From assembly GCA_951406725.2 (NCBI GenBank), contig OX597815.1:189038001-189102000 (forward strand): a stretch of 64,000 nt of DNA, read 5' to 3'. The stretch comes from Octopus vulgaris (Eukaryota). The notes beneath the pieces were generated by a model. That model worked only from the letters and a program-made list of their open reading frames with translations, had not been told where the DNA came from and made no database searches. The number at the start of each line of letters is the position of its first letter. The first letter of the stretch is position 1. The translations under genes were made by a program, and so were the position numbers. Shown here in pieces: positions 38,877 through 51,949 of the stretch.

Positions 38877-39110
38877 CATCATTATTATTCAGGGGGCAAA
38901 CTTGTAGAATCATTAGAATGCCAGGCAAAATGCTTACCTCCATATCACCCATCCTTACATTCTGAGTTCAAATTCCACTGAGGTCGACTTTGCCTTTCAT
39001 TCTTTCATGGTTGACAAAATGAGTACCAATCGGACCCCGGGGTCAATGTAATCGACTAGTCCCCTTCCCCAAAATTTCAGACCTTGTGCCTTTAGTAGAA
39101 AGGATTATTA
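38317..39110 (+). mobile_element. Three tandem family-A SINEs separated by (TTA)n
   Basis: Heads near 38317, 38550 and 38892. Confidence 0.85.
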
Positions 39111-39119
39111 TTATTATTA

Positions 39120-39677
39120 TTGAGTGAGAGAGCAGTGCATGCAATCAAAGTGACACTGGGGTAAGATATACGAAGCCCAGCATACCCATCATGACTACCC
39201 AACTGATAAGGGTACGCCTGGCACATGCATCACAACCATATGTGCGCGACATGGTGATCTCATATCAAGATAAACAGTACATGACCTTACAGGTGGGGCC
39301 CAGTTAGAATTTTCTTCAGGTCAAGCAGCCCATCCCACTCAAAACGTCCCTGAATAAGGGTTGCTTAAGGATGCTGAACGACACACCCATGTTTCCAGAG
39401 ATGAATTATTCAAACCCCAACGAATCCCTCTCAACACATGGCTCTGATGCTTCCCCACTACTTCTGCTCGTGATCAGAGATGCACATATCATCAGCCACT
39501 AAGGAACATGGTCAACTGTTTAAGGTCAAACAACTGACAAGCAAATCTGTGGTATTGAGCAGAATATATGCTGTAGCCCATCTTTTATACCAAGACAAAA
39601 CAATGTACATGATAACACTTCCAATCAGTTAAGATGAGAAGCCATATGAGAGCCACTGCCTGGCACTGCATCAGGGC
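39120..39677 (-). mobile_element. ~560-bp non-coding element embedded in (TAA)n on both sides
   Basis: Flanked by TTA tracts; 39120-39350 recurs three times at 41244-42048. Orientation inferred from the (AAT)n tail. Confidence 0.7.
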
Positions 39678-39693
39678 ATTATTATTATTATTA

Positions 39694-39763
<70 letters not shown>

Positions 39764-39968
39764 CATCATCATCATCATTATCATTGTCATTATCATGATC
39801 ATCATTATCATTATCATCATTATCATCATTCTTCTTCTTCTTCTTCTTCTTCTTCTTCTTCTTCTTCTTCTTCTTCTTCTTCTTCTTCTTCTTCTTCTTC
39901 TTCTTCTTCTTCTTCTTCTTTGTCTTCTTCATCTTCTTCTTCCTCTTCTTCGTTTTCTTCTTCTTCTT

Positions 39969-39999
<31 letters not shown>

Positions 40000-40080
40000 T
40001 TATTATTATTATTATTATTATTATTAGTAGTAGTAGTAGTAGTAGTAGTAGCAGCAGCAACAGCAGATGTAGCAGCAGTA
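39678..40080. repeat. Compound (TTA)(TCA)(TTC)(TAG)(CAG) microsatellite
   Basis: Visible directly. Confidence 0.95.
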
Positions 40081-41005
40081 ATATTCTGATGTGGTAGAGT
40101 GCTGCACGAAATGCTTTCCACAGATTTAATTATAATTCATTCATGTTTTGACTTGAAATCCGACTGGCTGTGACCTAACACATGTGACCTTCAGACCTTC
40201 AAGAGTTTGATAAATTAAATACCAGTTATACTCTAAGAAACAAACCCATTTGACAACAATTGCATTCCTCACAACAAATATGTGTGACTCAATGCCCAAG
40301 TGAGAAATCATTAATATTAGATCAGGAACTGTAGCTGTTATTATTGTTATTATTAATATTGAAAACCTCTTCTTAGCTATCACTTTTGTAATTGCATTCC
40401 TCATTCTTTTACCTGTTATAAGCTGTAATTATATTCCATGTTCTCATATTCTTCATCCTTATATTTGATGAAACTGATGATATTGAAGTGCTTAGATTAA
40501 TAATGAATTTACATTGTGTAAATTATATGAATTAATCAGAAAACTAAATTTTGCTAATTGCGAAAGGCTTAAAGTAAGAAATATTTATGAAAAAAAAGAA
40601 CAAAAAAAAAAGTAGATACTATGGATTTTAAGTAGTGCTAACCTTTTAGAATAAACAGTATGTATTAATTTATAATTAATATGCTACTTTCTCTGCTACT
40701 TAATTAGATTGCAGGTGGCAAAGAAGAGATATGAGAAGCCAATATTAGGATCACATGAGGTAATTTGGTTTCGTTTCAAAGTGTGTTAACAAAGATGAAA
40801 CATTCCGAATAACAAAAATATATAAATAATTAAATAAATGAATAAATAAAACGTAATGAAAATAAAAACATATTCCAGCTTTGAACAACTGATTATAGAT
40901 TATAGAAAGACTACAATTTGAATCAGCAACCAGGTCTGTCAACATTTTTTTTTTTTATTATACTCTACAGAATGTTAATTGATTTCTTATACAGTCAAAA
41001 TACTT

Positions 41006-41502
41006 CAGACATATAAGGGAGTTGAAATGAAATTAGTGACAGTTGTATTTGTTTTCTTCTTCTTCTTCTTCTTCTATAGAAGATATGAGCAATATAAATA
41101 AAGGGCAACAGATGTAGGTTGACAGTCTCAAAGTCTTGGTTCAAAGAGACTAATTCCAAGAGAGCCACATGACAACCAATTGAAGTTATAGCCCAGATAC
41201 GAACAACCTTTTCCAAGAAGCAGGCCTCATGAGTCATGAGCTCATCAAGTGACACTGAGGTACAATTATATGAAGCCTAGTATGCCCATCATGACCACCT
41301 GTCAGATAAGGGTACACCAGGCATATGCAGCACAACCATATGTGCGCGACATGGTGATCTCATATCAAGATAAACAGCACATGACCTTGCAGGTGGGGGC
41401 CCAGTTAGGATTTTCTTCTGGTCGAGTAACTCATCCCGCTCAAAAGGTCTCTTATTATTATTATTATTATTATTATCATTATTATTATTATTATTATTAT
41501 TA

Positions 41503-41543
<41 letters not shown>

Positions 41544-41772
41544 GAGTGAGAGAGCAGTGCCTGCCATAAAAGTGACACTGGGGTAAAATATACGAAACCT
41601 AGTATACCCATCATGACTACCTGTCTGATAAGGGTACACCAGGCATATGCAGCACAACCATATGTGTGCGACATGGTGATCTCATATCAAGATAAACAAC
41701 ACATGACCTTGCAGGTGGGGCCCAGTTAGAATTTTCTTCTGGTCAAGTAACTCATCCCGCTCAAAAGGTCTC

Positions 41773-41827
<55 letters not shown>

Positions 41828-42360
41828 CATTATTATTATTATTATTATTATTGAGTGAGAGAGCAGTGCATGCCATCAAAGTGACACTGGGGTAAAATAT
41901 ACGAAGCCCAATATACCCATCATGACTACCCGTCTGATAAGGGTAAACCAGGCACATGCATCACAACCATATGTGCACGACATGGTGATCTCATATCAAG
42001 ATAAACAATACATGACCTTGCAGGTGGGGCCCAGTTAGAATTTTCTTCTGACATATAAGGGAGTGGGAATGAAATTAATGACAGTTGTATTTGTTTTCTT
42101 CTTCTTCTTCTTCTTCTTCTTCTTCTTCTTCTTCTTCTTCTTCTTCTTCTTCTTCTTCTTCTTCTTCTTCTTCTTCTATAGAGGATACGAGCAATATAAA
42201 TAAAGGGCAACAGATTTTGGTTGATAGTCTCAAAGTCTTGTGGAGGGCTTAGTTCAAAGAGATTATTTCCAAGAGAGCCACATGACAACCAACTGATGTT
42301 ATAGACCAGATGCGAACAACCTTTTCCAAGAAGCAGGCCACATGAGGCATAAAGCTCATC
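41006..42360. repeat. Three ~290-bp tandem units (element end plus (TTA)n) bracketed by diverged ~240-310-bp direct repeats
   Basis: Units at ~41244, 41543 and 41852; direct repeats 41008-41246 and 42049-42360 (GACATATAAGGGAGT...AGCTCATC). Confidence 0.85.
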
Positions 42361-42822
42361 TTCTGGCAGGGGCCACACTTAAAATACTTTGATGTAATTT
42401 CTCATCCGGTGTGCCATTCCGAAAGTCTTGTGGGTCACAGCATTCCTGGGACTGTAATGGACAGTGTTAGGCTTTTAACTGAATGTTCAAGAGTTTCTAT
42501 TCTGTTGTCTTGAAACCAGTGGTTCATGTTATTTGTTTTAATCTGGTGCATGGTTCAGCAGTTAGAGCATCAATGATGAGATAGTGAGTTCGATTCTTGA
42601 ACTAAGCTGTGTTGTGTTCTTGAGCAAGACCCTTTATTTCACGTTGTTCCAGTTCACTCAGCTGTAGAAATGAGTTGTAACGTCACTGGTGCCAAGCTGT
42701 ATCGACCACAACTGCTTTCATCGACCACAACTAAGCTGTCCAGTTAGTGGTGACAGTGAAACGGTGTGTATTCTTTCCTGAATGCTATTAAATCCTAATG
42801 GTATCAGCTTTGCAAGGTTTAA

Positions 42823-43466
42823 CCCTTTCATTACTGTATTTATTTTGAGATGTTCTGTGTTTCTTTCAATTAATTTCAAATATAACAAAGAATTTAGTAA
42901 AATAACTTAGTTATTTTACTAAATAAGTAGGCGCAGGAGTGGCTGTGTGGTAAGTAGCTTGCTAACCAACCACATGGTTCCGGGTTCAGTCCCACTGCGT
43001 GGCATCTTGGGCAAGTGTCTTCTGCTATAGCCTCGGGCCGACCAAAGCCTTGTGAGTGGATTTGGTAGACGGAAACTGAAAGAAGCCTGTCGTATATATG
43101 TATATATATGTGTGTGTGTATATGTTTGTGTGTCTGTGTTTGTCCCTCTAGCATTGCTTGATAACCGATGCTGGTGTATTTACGTCCCCGTCACTTAGCG
43201 GTTCGACAAAAGAGATCGATAGAATAAGTACTGGGCTTACAAAGAATAAGTGCCGGGGTCGATTTCCTCGGGTGCTCCAGCATGGCCGCAGTCAAATGAC
43301 TGAAACATGTAAAATAGTAAAGAATAAAAAAGTTATCATTCAGCTAGTGTTAGGAGCATAAACTGTGACTAAGGTTTGGTGGAAGCTTATAATTCAGAAC
43401 TTTTGAAAACAAGACATTCGTACTACAGAACCAGAGACGGTTTCAGCTGGGTTGGTAACGAAAGGG
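42823..43466. mobile_element. piggyBac-type MITE with nested SINE
   Basis: TTAA|CCCTTTCATTAC ... GTAACGAAAGGG|TTAA (TTAA at 42819-42822 and 43467-43470). Confidence 0.8.
42929..43328 (+). mobile_element. SINE family B, young copy
   Basis: GGCGCAGGAGTGGCTGTGTGG head, GGGTTCAGTCCC B-box-like motif, CpG-rich. Confidence 0.9.
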
Positions 43467-43821
43467 TTAAACCTGACTTCACTTGCACAAGCAAGCTGTT
43501 TCCAAGTCTCTGTCTTTCTATTTATCCATCTTGTTGTTGATATTATTCAGCTTCATCTAGTAGTGACAATGTTTATGCCCCACATAAGCAAGAAGTCTGG
43601 CATTTCTATGGTTCATATAAGGACTCAAAATAAAGTGACTTATGAAACAAGTAAGCTTGTTTCAAGAAGACCATTTTGTTGTAAAATACGTCCCTATCGA
43701 ATCTGTGCCAAGTTGGAAAAAGTGGACATAAAGACAATGACAATACTATCAAAGATAAAGACAGCAATATGTCTAATGTTTGCTTAGAGAAAGACTTCAT
43801 ATTCAGAAAAATGTTTTTATG

Positions 43822-43834
43822 TATCATCACCATC

Positions 43835-43869
<35 letters not shown>

Positions 43870-44370
43870 AATCATAATCATCATCGTCGTCGACGTCATC
43901 GTCGTCGTCGTCGTCATCATCATCATCATCATCATCATCATCGTCATCATTGTCATTATCATCATCATCATCGTCATTATCATCATTATCCTCAACATCA
44001 TCATCATCGTCGTCATCATCGTCGTCATCATTGTCATCGTCATCGTCATCATCATCGTCATCATCATCATCATCATCATTTAATGTCCAGTTTCCATGCT
44101 GGCATGTTGGGATGATTTGACTGGAGTTGGTAAGTCGAGGAACCGCACTAGGTTCCACATCAATATTTGTTTGGTTTTTATGGTTCGCTGCCCTTCCTAA
44201 CACCAACCAATTTACAGAGTGCACCGGGTGCTTTTTTTTACATGGCACCACAACCAATGCTTTTTACGTGCCACCAGCACCAAAGCTTTTTATGTGGAAC
44301 AATCAACAAAACTTTTTATATGGCACCATCACCATTGCTATTTATGTGGCATTATCATCTGTGCTTTTTG
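43822..44370 (-). repeat. Expanded (GAT/GAC)n tail with a decayed RTE-like 3' UTR
   Basis: (CAT/CGT)n at 43822-44079 abuts TTTCCATGCTGGCATG...GCCCTTCCTAACACCAACC. Confidence 0.8.
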
Positions 44371-45180
44371 GGTGTTAGGGGATGAAATATGTGTGGGATG
44401 GGGGGGGGGGAAGATTGATGGCCCAAAACCCAATATAATCTACTACTTAATTCTGGAGAAAAACCAACAACTCATAAGCTAACAATGGCCTAATTAATTC
44501 AGATATAGAATTAGATGACCTTGAAACTAATAATATTATGCTCTGATGAGGAGGATAGCAAAAGATACCATATAAAGTATTTATACATTCATTAACAAAT
44601 AGATAATTGATGCACTTCAACAATAGTCATTTTGTAATTAAAACCATTGGGAAACTCTTCAAATATAATATTCATTATTTCTATGGATAGAATATATCAT
44701 TATCAGCATATTTTTTTTCTTATTGGGATAAACCTTACTAAGTTGATGAAAGTCTTTTATATTATGAGCTTACAACTCCAATATCAGATTTTAGTTGGAA
44801 CAGTTCCACATCTCTTATATCTGTATTACTGCTGTGAAGCCATGAATGTCAATTTTCATTTGTCTGTATTATCGAAGGCTTTGTCTCTGGAATACACAGA
44901 GAAGTATATTTGGTACAAAATATTGGGAAAAAAAATTATTACAGTGTTTAATTTAGTATCTTATAGTACTTAGTTTACATGATACTGTGAACAAATCTAC
45001 TTTTAAGCTTCTCATGTATAATAAAATAGTTACTGGCTGAGTGGTAAGGGGCTTGCTTCCCAACCACATGATTTTGAGTTTAGTTCCACTGTGTGGCACC
45101 TTGAGCAAGTATTTTCTATTGTAGCTCTAAACCAATCAAAGTCTTGTGGGTGGATTTGGGAGACTGAAACCAAAAGAAGC

Positions 45181-45222
<42 letters not shown>

Positions 45223-45228
<6 letters not shown>

Positions 45229-45332
45229 GAAAGAATGGAGTCGAACGACGATTTAACAAAATTCCTTTATTCTCGACATATGTTTCGAAGGAATTTTGTT
45301 AAATCGTCGTTCGACTCAATTCTTTCATTTAT
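45223..45332. repeat. 45-bp-arm hairpin with a 20-nt loop
   Basis: 45223-45267 vs 45288-45332, one mismatch; loop on the minus strand reads CGAAACATATGTCGAGAATA. Confidence 0.95.
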
Positions 45333-45482
45333 TTGTAATTAAAAAAAACACACAAATTTCCACACGAAAGCAAGTGATCACTGCCCTTGGTATGTAGCTT
45401 CAACCGTGTTTTCTGACGTGAATTTGCTACCCGGGTATCAGTTAACCGAATTATCCATACTAGGATAATTCATTCAACTACT

Positions 45483-45528
<46 letters not shown>

Positions 45529-45534
<6 letters not shown>

Positions 45535-45991
45535 TTATATAAATAAGGATAAGATTGTTAATTTAAAAATAAAATAACGATTTTATCAAGTGGTCAGCAT
45601 GGAAAAAATACCATTCAAAGGTAATAATACCCTAATTTATAATTTTATAAATATATATATATAAAATTATAATTTAGGGTATCTAAGAGATACCACTATG
45701 CTGGAAATAGCAGTCAAAACTTGACTCTAAAACCACATTAAATGTTCATATCCAGTAATTTTTGTGCTAGTTTATTTTGTCTCTTTGTCTTCTCTCCTGG
45801 TGCCATATGAACATTTAATGTGGTTTTAGAGTCAAGTTTTGACTGCTATTTCCAGCATGGTTATACCTCTTAGATACCCTAAATTATAATTTTAAATAAT
45901 TATTACCTTTGAAAAGTTTTTAATCCCATGCTGGCCACCTGATAAGATTGGTATTTAAATATCAATCTTATCCTTATTTATATAAATTTAT
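45529..45991. mobile_element. ~460-bp foldback/MITE-like palindrome beside (TA)n
   Basis: Perfect 54-bp inner arms (45698-45751 / 45805-45858), matching ~28-bp outer termini, diverged middle, 53-nt loop. Confidence 0.85.
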
Positions 45992-45995
45992 GTGT

Positions 45996-46408
45996 GTGGT
46001 CTGATCAATAAGTATCCGGACTGTTGCCATAGTAACAAAACTAAAGCCTGCAGAATGAAGCTGCTTGGCACAGATTGACCATGAAATCTTCTGTGTATGT
46101 GCACTAAGTTTTAACATTCTAGCTCACTTTTGCTGTTTACAGCAGTGCTTGGAAGGAAAGTGTGTAGTGTGAGATCACCGCATTGACCATGACAGAGAAA
46201 GTTGAATAGAAAATCTGCATCAAATTTTGTCAAAAGCTCGGTGATACCTGCTCAGAGGCCTACACAAAGTTTTCAAAGAGTTTTCATCATTCACGATACA
46301 ATCAAGGAGATCGTGTGCAAATTAAACTCAAGTGTTTTTTTGGTCAGCTAAAAGCAGTTTTGGCACAAACTTGGTAGACACACGTCTCATACCCAAATCT
46401 TCACTGAA
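45996..46408 (+). pseudogene. Mariner transposon remnant (left end and transposase N-terminus, plus an inverted internal piece)
   Basis: TIR-like GGTCTGATCAATAAGTATCCGGAC; ATG at 46189 gives MTEKVE*KICIKFCQKLGDTCSEAY; minus strand 46300-46408 gives EDLGMRRVSTKFVPKLLLADQK. Confidence 0.85.
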
Positions 46409-46688
46409 ATTTTTGGGGAGGGAGTCAATCAATTAGACCGATCCCGTTATGTAACTGATACTTAATTTATCGACTCCGAAAAAATCGCTTGACAACCGAC
46501 GCTGGTGTGTTTACGTCCCCATAACTTAGCAGTTCAGCAAAAGAGACCGATAGAATAAGCACTAGGCTTACAAAAAATAAGTCCTGGGGTCGATTTGCGT
46601 GACTAAAGGCGGTGCTCCAGCATGGCCACAGTCAAATGACTGAAACAAGTAAAAGAGTAAAAAGAGAGTAAAGAGAGTAATAAAGAGA

Positions 46689-47033
46689 GTGAAGGCGCAT
46701 GGCTCAGTGGTTAGAGCGTTGAGCTTATGATCGTGAGGTTGTGAGCTCGAATCCCGGACCGGGCTGCGTGTTGTGTTCTTGAGCAAGGCACTTTATTTCA
46801 CGTTGCTCCAGTTCACTCAGCTGTAGAAATGAGTTGCGACGTCACTGGTGCCAAGCTATATCGACCTTTGTCTTTCCCTTGGTTAACACTGGTGGCATGG
46901 AGAGAGGAGGCTGGTATGCATGGGCGACTGCTGGTCTTCCATAAACAACCTTGCCCAGACTTGTGTCTAGGAGGGTAACTTTCTAGGTGCAATCCCATGG
47001 TCATTCATGACCGAAGGGGGTCTTTACCCTTTT
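46689..47033 (+). mobile_element. SINE family D, full length
   Basis: GTGAAGGCGCATGGCTCAGTGG head, TCGAATCCC B-box-like motif, ends GGGGTCTTTACCCTTTT. Confidence 0.9.
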
Positions 47034-47404
47034 ATTTAAGCCAGAATGGTGAAATAAATGAATCATAATGTCAGATGGTATCTATTCTGGTCGTTTGTGT
47101 TCTAAGCACAATGCAGGAGATGACACTAATCTCTAGCTGCATTAGTTCCTTGTCTTGCTCCCAATGACAAGGGGTACTAGCATGTGTAGGTAACTGCATT
47201 CTTCTACAGAATAAACTGTAGCCACATCTCTTTGCATAGAGGTGTGGGTTGATGGTCAACCCTGCTTGATGGTTTTGGCCCTGATTTAAAAGAGTCTGTT
47301 TATGCGCAACACTGAATGGATAAATGGTAAAGTTGTTTATAATGTAGGTGAATTGCCATCTCTTTTTGTCACTCATTAATGGTTCTCTATTGGGATTAAC
47401 ATGG

Positions 47405-47766
47405 CTATACATACAAACATGCATACATACATACATTCACACATACATTCATACATACATGCATACATACATACATACATACATTCATACATACACACAT
47501 ACACACATACATGCACACATACACATACATACATACATACATATACACATACATACATACATGCATGCATACACACACACATACATGCATGCATGCATGC
47601 ATGCATACATACATACACACATACATACATACATGCAAACATACATACATACAAACATGCTTGCATACACACACATACATACATTCATACATACATACAT
47701 AAATACATACACACATACATACATACACACACACACATACATACATGCACACATACATACATACAT

Positions 47767-47797
<31 letters not shown>

Positions 47798-47820
47798 TGC
47801 ACACAGCTACCTATACACAT
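47405..47820. repeat. (CATA)n/(CA)n compound microsatellite
   Basis: Visible directly. Confidence 0.95.
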
Positions 47821-49059
47821 GCAGGTATATGTTTACACATAAAAAATTTGACTTCAGGAGCCAAATATGTTTCTTTCTCCAGTCTAGAATAGTACTCAAG
47901 ATAATCAAAGCCAGTGTCATGAAAGAAAGCAGAAAAGCAATTTTTGAAATATTTCTTGTTTCTTTTTTTTTTATATTTTGAAATTCAGTCACAAACAATA
48001 CCAGTCTTTTTATATACTAAACAAGATGTAAACAAGAAATATTTGTATTTCCTTACCGTATCATTTGTTTTAGCTCTTTTTATTTTAGGAAAATGCAATA
48101 TATAACTATTTCAAATACAAAAAAGAAATTTCTATACAAAATACTTAATACACAATAAAATTTAATATTTTTCCTGCTCTCTGTTGGAAAAAAGAAAGTA
48201 TTCTATAATAGAAATTATCTAGAACCAGTATACTTCCCATCAGATGTAATTTCAGTAAAAGAGGAAAATTCTATGTAAAAACAAATAAAAATTGACATTG
48301 CTCATGTTATTGTTGGTGATGGTGGTTCATAAATTCTCTTGGGGAATTTTCAAAAATAGATGACTTTTCTGTTGTCGAATTTTAGAAATAGATATTTCAT
48401 GTAGCAAGAAAAATTATAGTTGTAATAATTTTTATCTTTGTTTGTATTTTTTTTTATTTCCTCTTGTTTTATCAAATATTGCCAAAAGAAAAGACTTGTA
48501 TTATACATATTCAATCAAAATTGCTTAGGATTTGCAATTCATTCATTATTTAATTAATTTACACATTGCATATGTTTTTGAAATTTGAAAAAAGAAAGAA
48601 AATTTTCAAATACTCTTCATAGATCCCTGAGGTTAGTCTGTTGCTTCATGTCCTCTTTAAAGTTGCCTCTTCAAGAAAAAAGAAAAAAAAATCTATAAGG
48701 AATGTTTAAAATTGTAAATTCATAAATTTTGTGAACATATCGAAACTTAAAGTCTAAATTTTTCATATATTTCATTTAAAGAAAAATGGCAACAAGAAAA
48801 CCTATATGGACAGATTGAATTTCATCACTTGGAAATCCCTTTAGAATACTAAAAATAATTTCCAGTGGTATTGAAAACGAAATTACAACAAGAAAGATCA
48901 GCCATATACTATAAAAATGTTAGATGAAATGAAAAAGGATAATAATGGTGTTTTTGTTTATAATACATACATACACAAACACACACATAAATACATGCAT
49001 GCTTACAAACATAAACATGCACACATACATGCATACTTACATACATATATACATATATA

Positions 49060-49283
49060 TCGATACCAGTGCCGCCTGACAGGGTCCCATGCTGCTGGCA
49101 TATAAAAAGAACCCATTACATTCTCAGAGTGGTTGGCAGTAGGAAGGGCATCCAGCTGTAGAAACCTTGCCAGATCAGATCGGAGCCTGGTGCAGGCTTC
49201 TGGCTTGACAGTCATCAGTCAAACCGTCCAACCCATGTCAGCATGGAAAGCAAACGCTAAACGATGATGATGATGATGATGAT
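49060..49283 (+). mobile_element. RTE-like 3' UTR fragment
   Basis: AGGAAGGGCATCCAGCTGTAGAAA and (GAT)n tail. Confidence 0.8.
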
Positions 49284-49444
49284 GGTATATATATATATAT
49301 AATAAAGGGTAAAATTAATTAATTAATTAATAATTAAAAATTTTACCAAGTAGTTCAGTATGTTAAAAGAACCATTATCAGTAAACTTATACAAAAATTC
49401 TATAATTATGAGTATAATTATAATCAGGGTTCAACAAAAATGTT

Positions 49445-49487
<43 letters not shown>

Positions 49488-50789
49488 GAATATGTGTGTG
49501 TGTATGTGCAAGAAAGAGAGAGAGAGAGATCTGACAAAAAATTGTGATAACTTGCTTAATTTTTTTTCTCTCAGTGTCTTAATTAGATATAATCCTCTTC
49601 AGAGTTTACCCACTTGATATCTCTGTGCGTTATGCTGGTCCTCAATAGCTAAATTATAATATAGAAAAGATCTTTGTATGACCTGGTTAAAGTTTAGATG
49701 TGAATTTCAGATAAATAAATTAAGCTCCTGCTAATATATTTATGTATTCCTATAAATGACTTTCACTAATGAAACAAAATGAAATGTCACACTCAGAAAG
49801 TCTTCCTGTTGAATGTACGGTTGGAATTGATGATTATTTTACTAGGCAGCTAATTCATTTCTGCTCAACGACACCAAAAAAACAACAAAAAAAAAACCCA
49901 GGAATTTAGCAGTAAATACATCTTAATCATTTTCCCAGCTGGTAGATTGTTTTGAACTGTTAAAGCATGGGTGTTGGTGCCACATACAAAGCTCCAGTAC
50001 CAGTGTCACATAAAAGGCTCTGGTGCTGGTGCCACGTAAACAGCACCAGTGCTGGTGCCACATAAAGAGCCCAATACTTCTTTATTTATTTCCATCACTG
50101 GACCGGCTCCTGTGCAGGTAGCCAGGTAGCATGTAAAAATCACCCTTGAGTGTGGTCGTTGCCAGAACCGCCTGACTGGCCCTTGTGCTGGTGGCACGTA
50201 AAAGCAGCCACTACATGCTTGGAGTGGTTGACATTAGGAAGGGCATCCAGCTTTAGAAACATTGCCAGATCAGATTGAGCCTGGTTCAGCCTTCTAGCTC
50301 AACAGTCGTCAGTCATACCTATTTCTTTATTGCCCACAAGGGGCTAAACATAGAGGGGACAAACAAGGACAGACATAGGTATTAAGTCGATTACATCGAC
50401 CCCAGTGCGTAACTGGTACTTAATTTATCGATCCCAAAAGGATGAAAGGCAAAGTCGACCTCGGCGGAATTTGAACTCACAACATAACGACAGATGAAAT
50501 ACCACTAAGCATTTCGCCCAGCATGCTCATGTTTCTGTCTGCTCGCCGCCTTTACCAGCTCACTGCCTTCAAACTCACAACCTTACAACTGTGAGCTAGA
50601 TGCCCTAATCATTAAACCATGGTGCCTTTGCTGTGTGGGGTATATGTATTGCATGAGTTGTCAAATAGCATCAGGCAGTGATTCTGTAGAATATATGTTG
50701 TGTGTGTCATGTTACTGAATTGGGAGGTGATTGGATAGAACATGTTGTACAAGCATTAATGTAACCGATAGGGAGTTGATTGTGTATAA

Positions 50790-51530
50790 CATCATCATCA
50801 TCCTCGTCATCATCATCATCTTTCCTCGTTTAATGTCTGCTTTCCATGCTAGCATGGGTTGGATGAGGACTGGTGAACCAGATGGCTGCACCAGGCTCCA
50901 ATCTTGATCTGGCAGAGTTTCTACAACTGGATGCTCTTCCTAATGCCAACCACTCTGAGAGTGTAGTGGGTGCTTTTTATGTGTTTTTTCTTTGCAGCAT
51001 TTCGTCTGTCTTTACATTCTGTGAGCAAATTCTTCTGAGAAGTCGTCTTTGCCTTTCATTCTTTCACCATCACCATCATCATCCTCGTTTAACGTCTGCT
51101 TTCCATGCTAGCATGGGTTGGACGATTTGGCTGAGGACTGGTGAACCAGATGGCTGCACCAGACTCCAACCTTGATCTGGCAGAGTTTCTACTGCTGGAT
51201 GCCCTTCCTAACACTACCACTATGAGAGTGTAGTGGGTGCTTTTTACGTGCCACCGGCACGAGGGCCAGTCAGGTGGTACTGGCAACATTCACACCCAAA
51301 TGGTGTTTTTTTTTTATGTGCCACCTGCACACTGGCACAAGTCCCAGTAAGGCGACGCTGGTAATGATCACACTTAAGTGGTGCTTTTTACGTGCCAGCA
51401 GCACAGATGCCAGTTAGCCGCTCTGGCAACAATCACGCTCGGATGGTGCTCTTAGTGCTCCACTAGCACGGATGCCAGTCATCGAATTTGATTTCGATTT
51501 CACTTGCCTCAACAGGTCTTCGCAATCAGT
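50790..51530 (-). mobile_element. Two RTE-like 3' UTR copies separated by a family-A SINE fragment
   Basis: Tails at ~50790 and ~51067; the longer copy carries several GGTGCTTTTTACGTGCC subrepeats. Confidence 0.8.
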
Positions 51531-51949
51531 GTCCAACATATGCTATGTAATAGTGTTATAGCATTAGAAGCGGATTATGTAGAGGATGTGATGTGTAAAT
51601 TGGTTTATAGTGCTGTGGGGAGATAATTGTGGAGAATATGTGATATGTGAACTGTATAACTGTATTGGGAAATCAATATATTTTAAGGGTTATATTATTC
51701 TATTGGGATATGATTTTGTTGAATATGGGATGTAAGATTTGTGTTGCTGAATTAAGTATCTTCCATAGATCATATGTTGTACCTAGTGATGCTATTTTGA
51801 GAACTTTGTGTAAAATAGTGAAATCCAGTGCAATTTCCATGGTTTTCCTTATTTTTTTATTCTTTTCCTTTTTTCTTTTTTTTTCTGTATTTTTATCATA
51901 TCAAGTGCACCAATTTTTTATTGATACCAGTTTTACTTTCATATTATTT

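Noticed and set aside
39430-39500. Minus-strand CTGATGA as a hammerhead in the TAA-targeted element
   Set aside because: No correctly placed GAAA or stem III.
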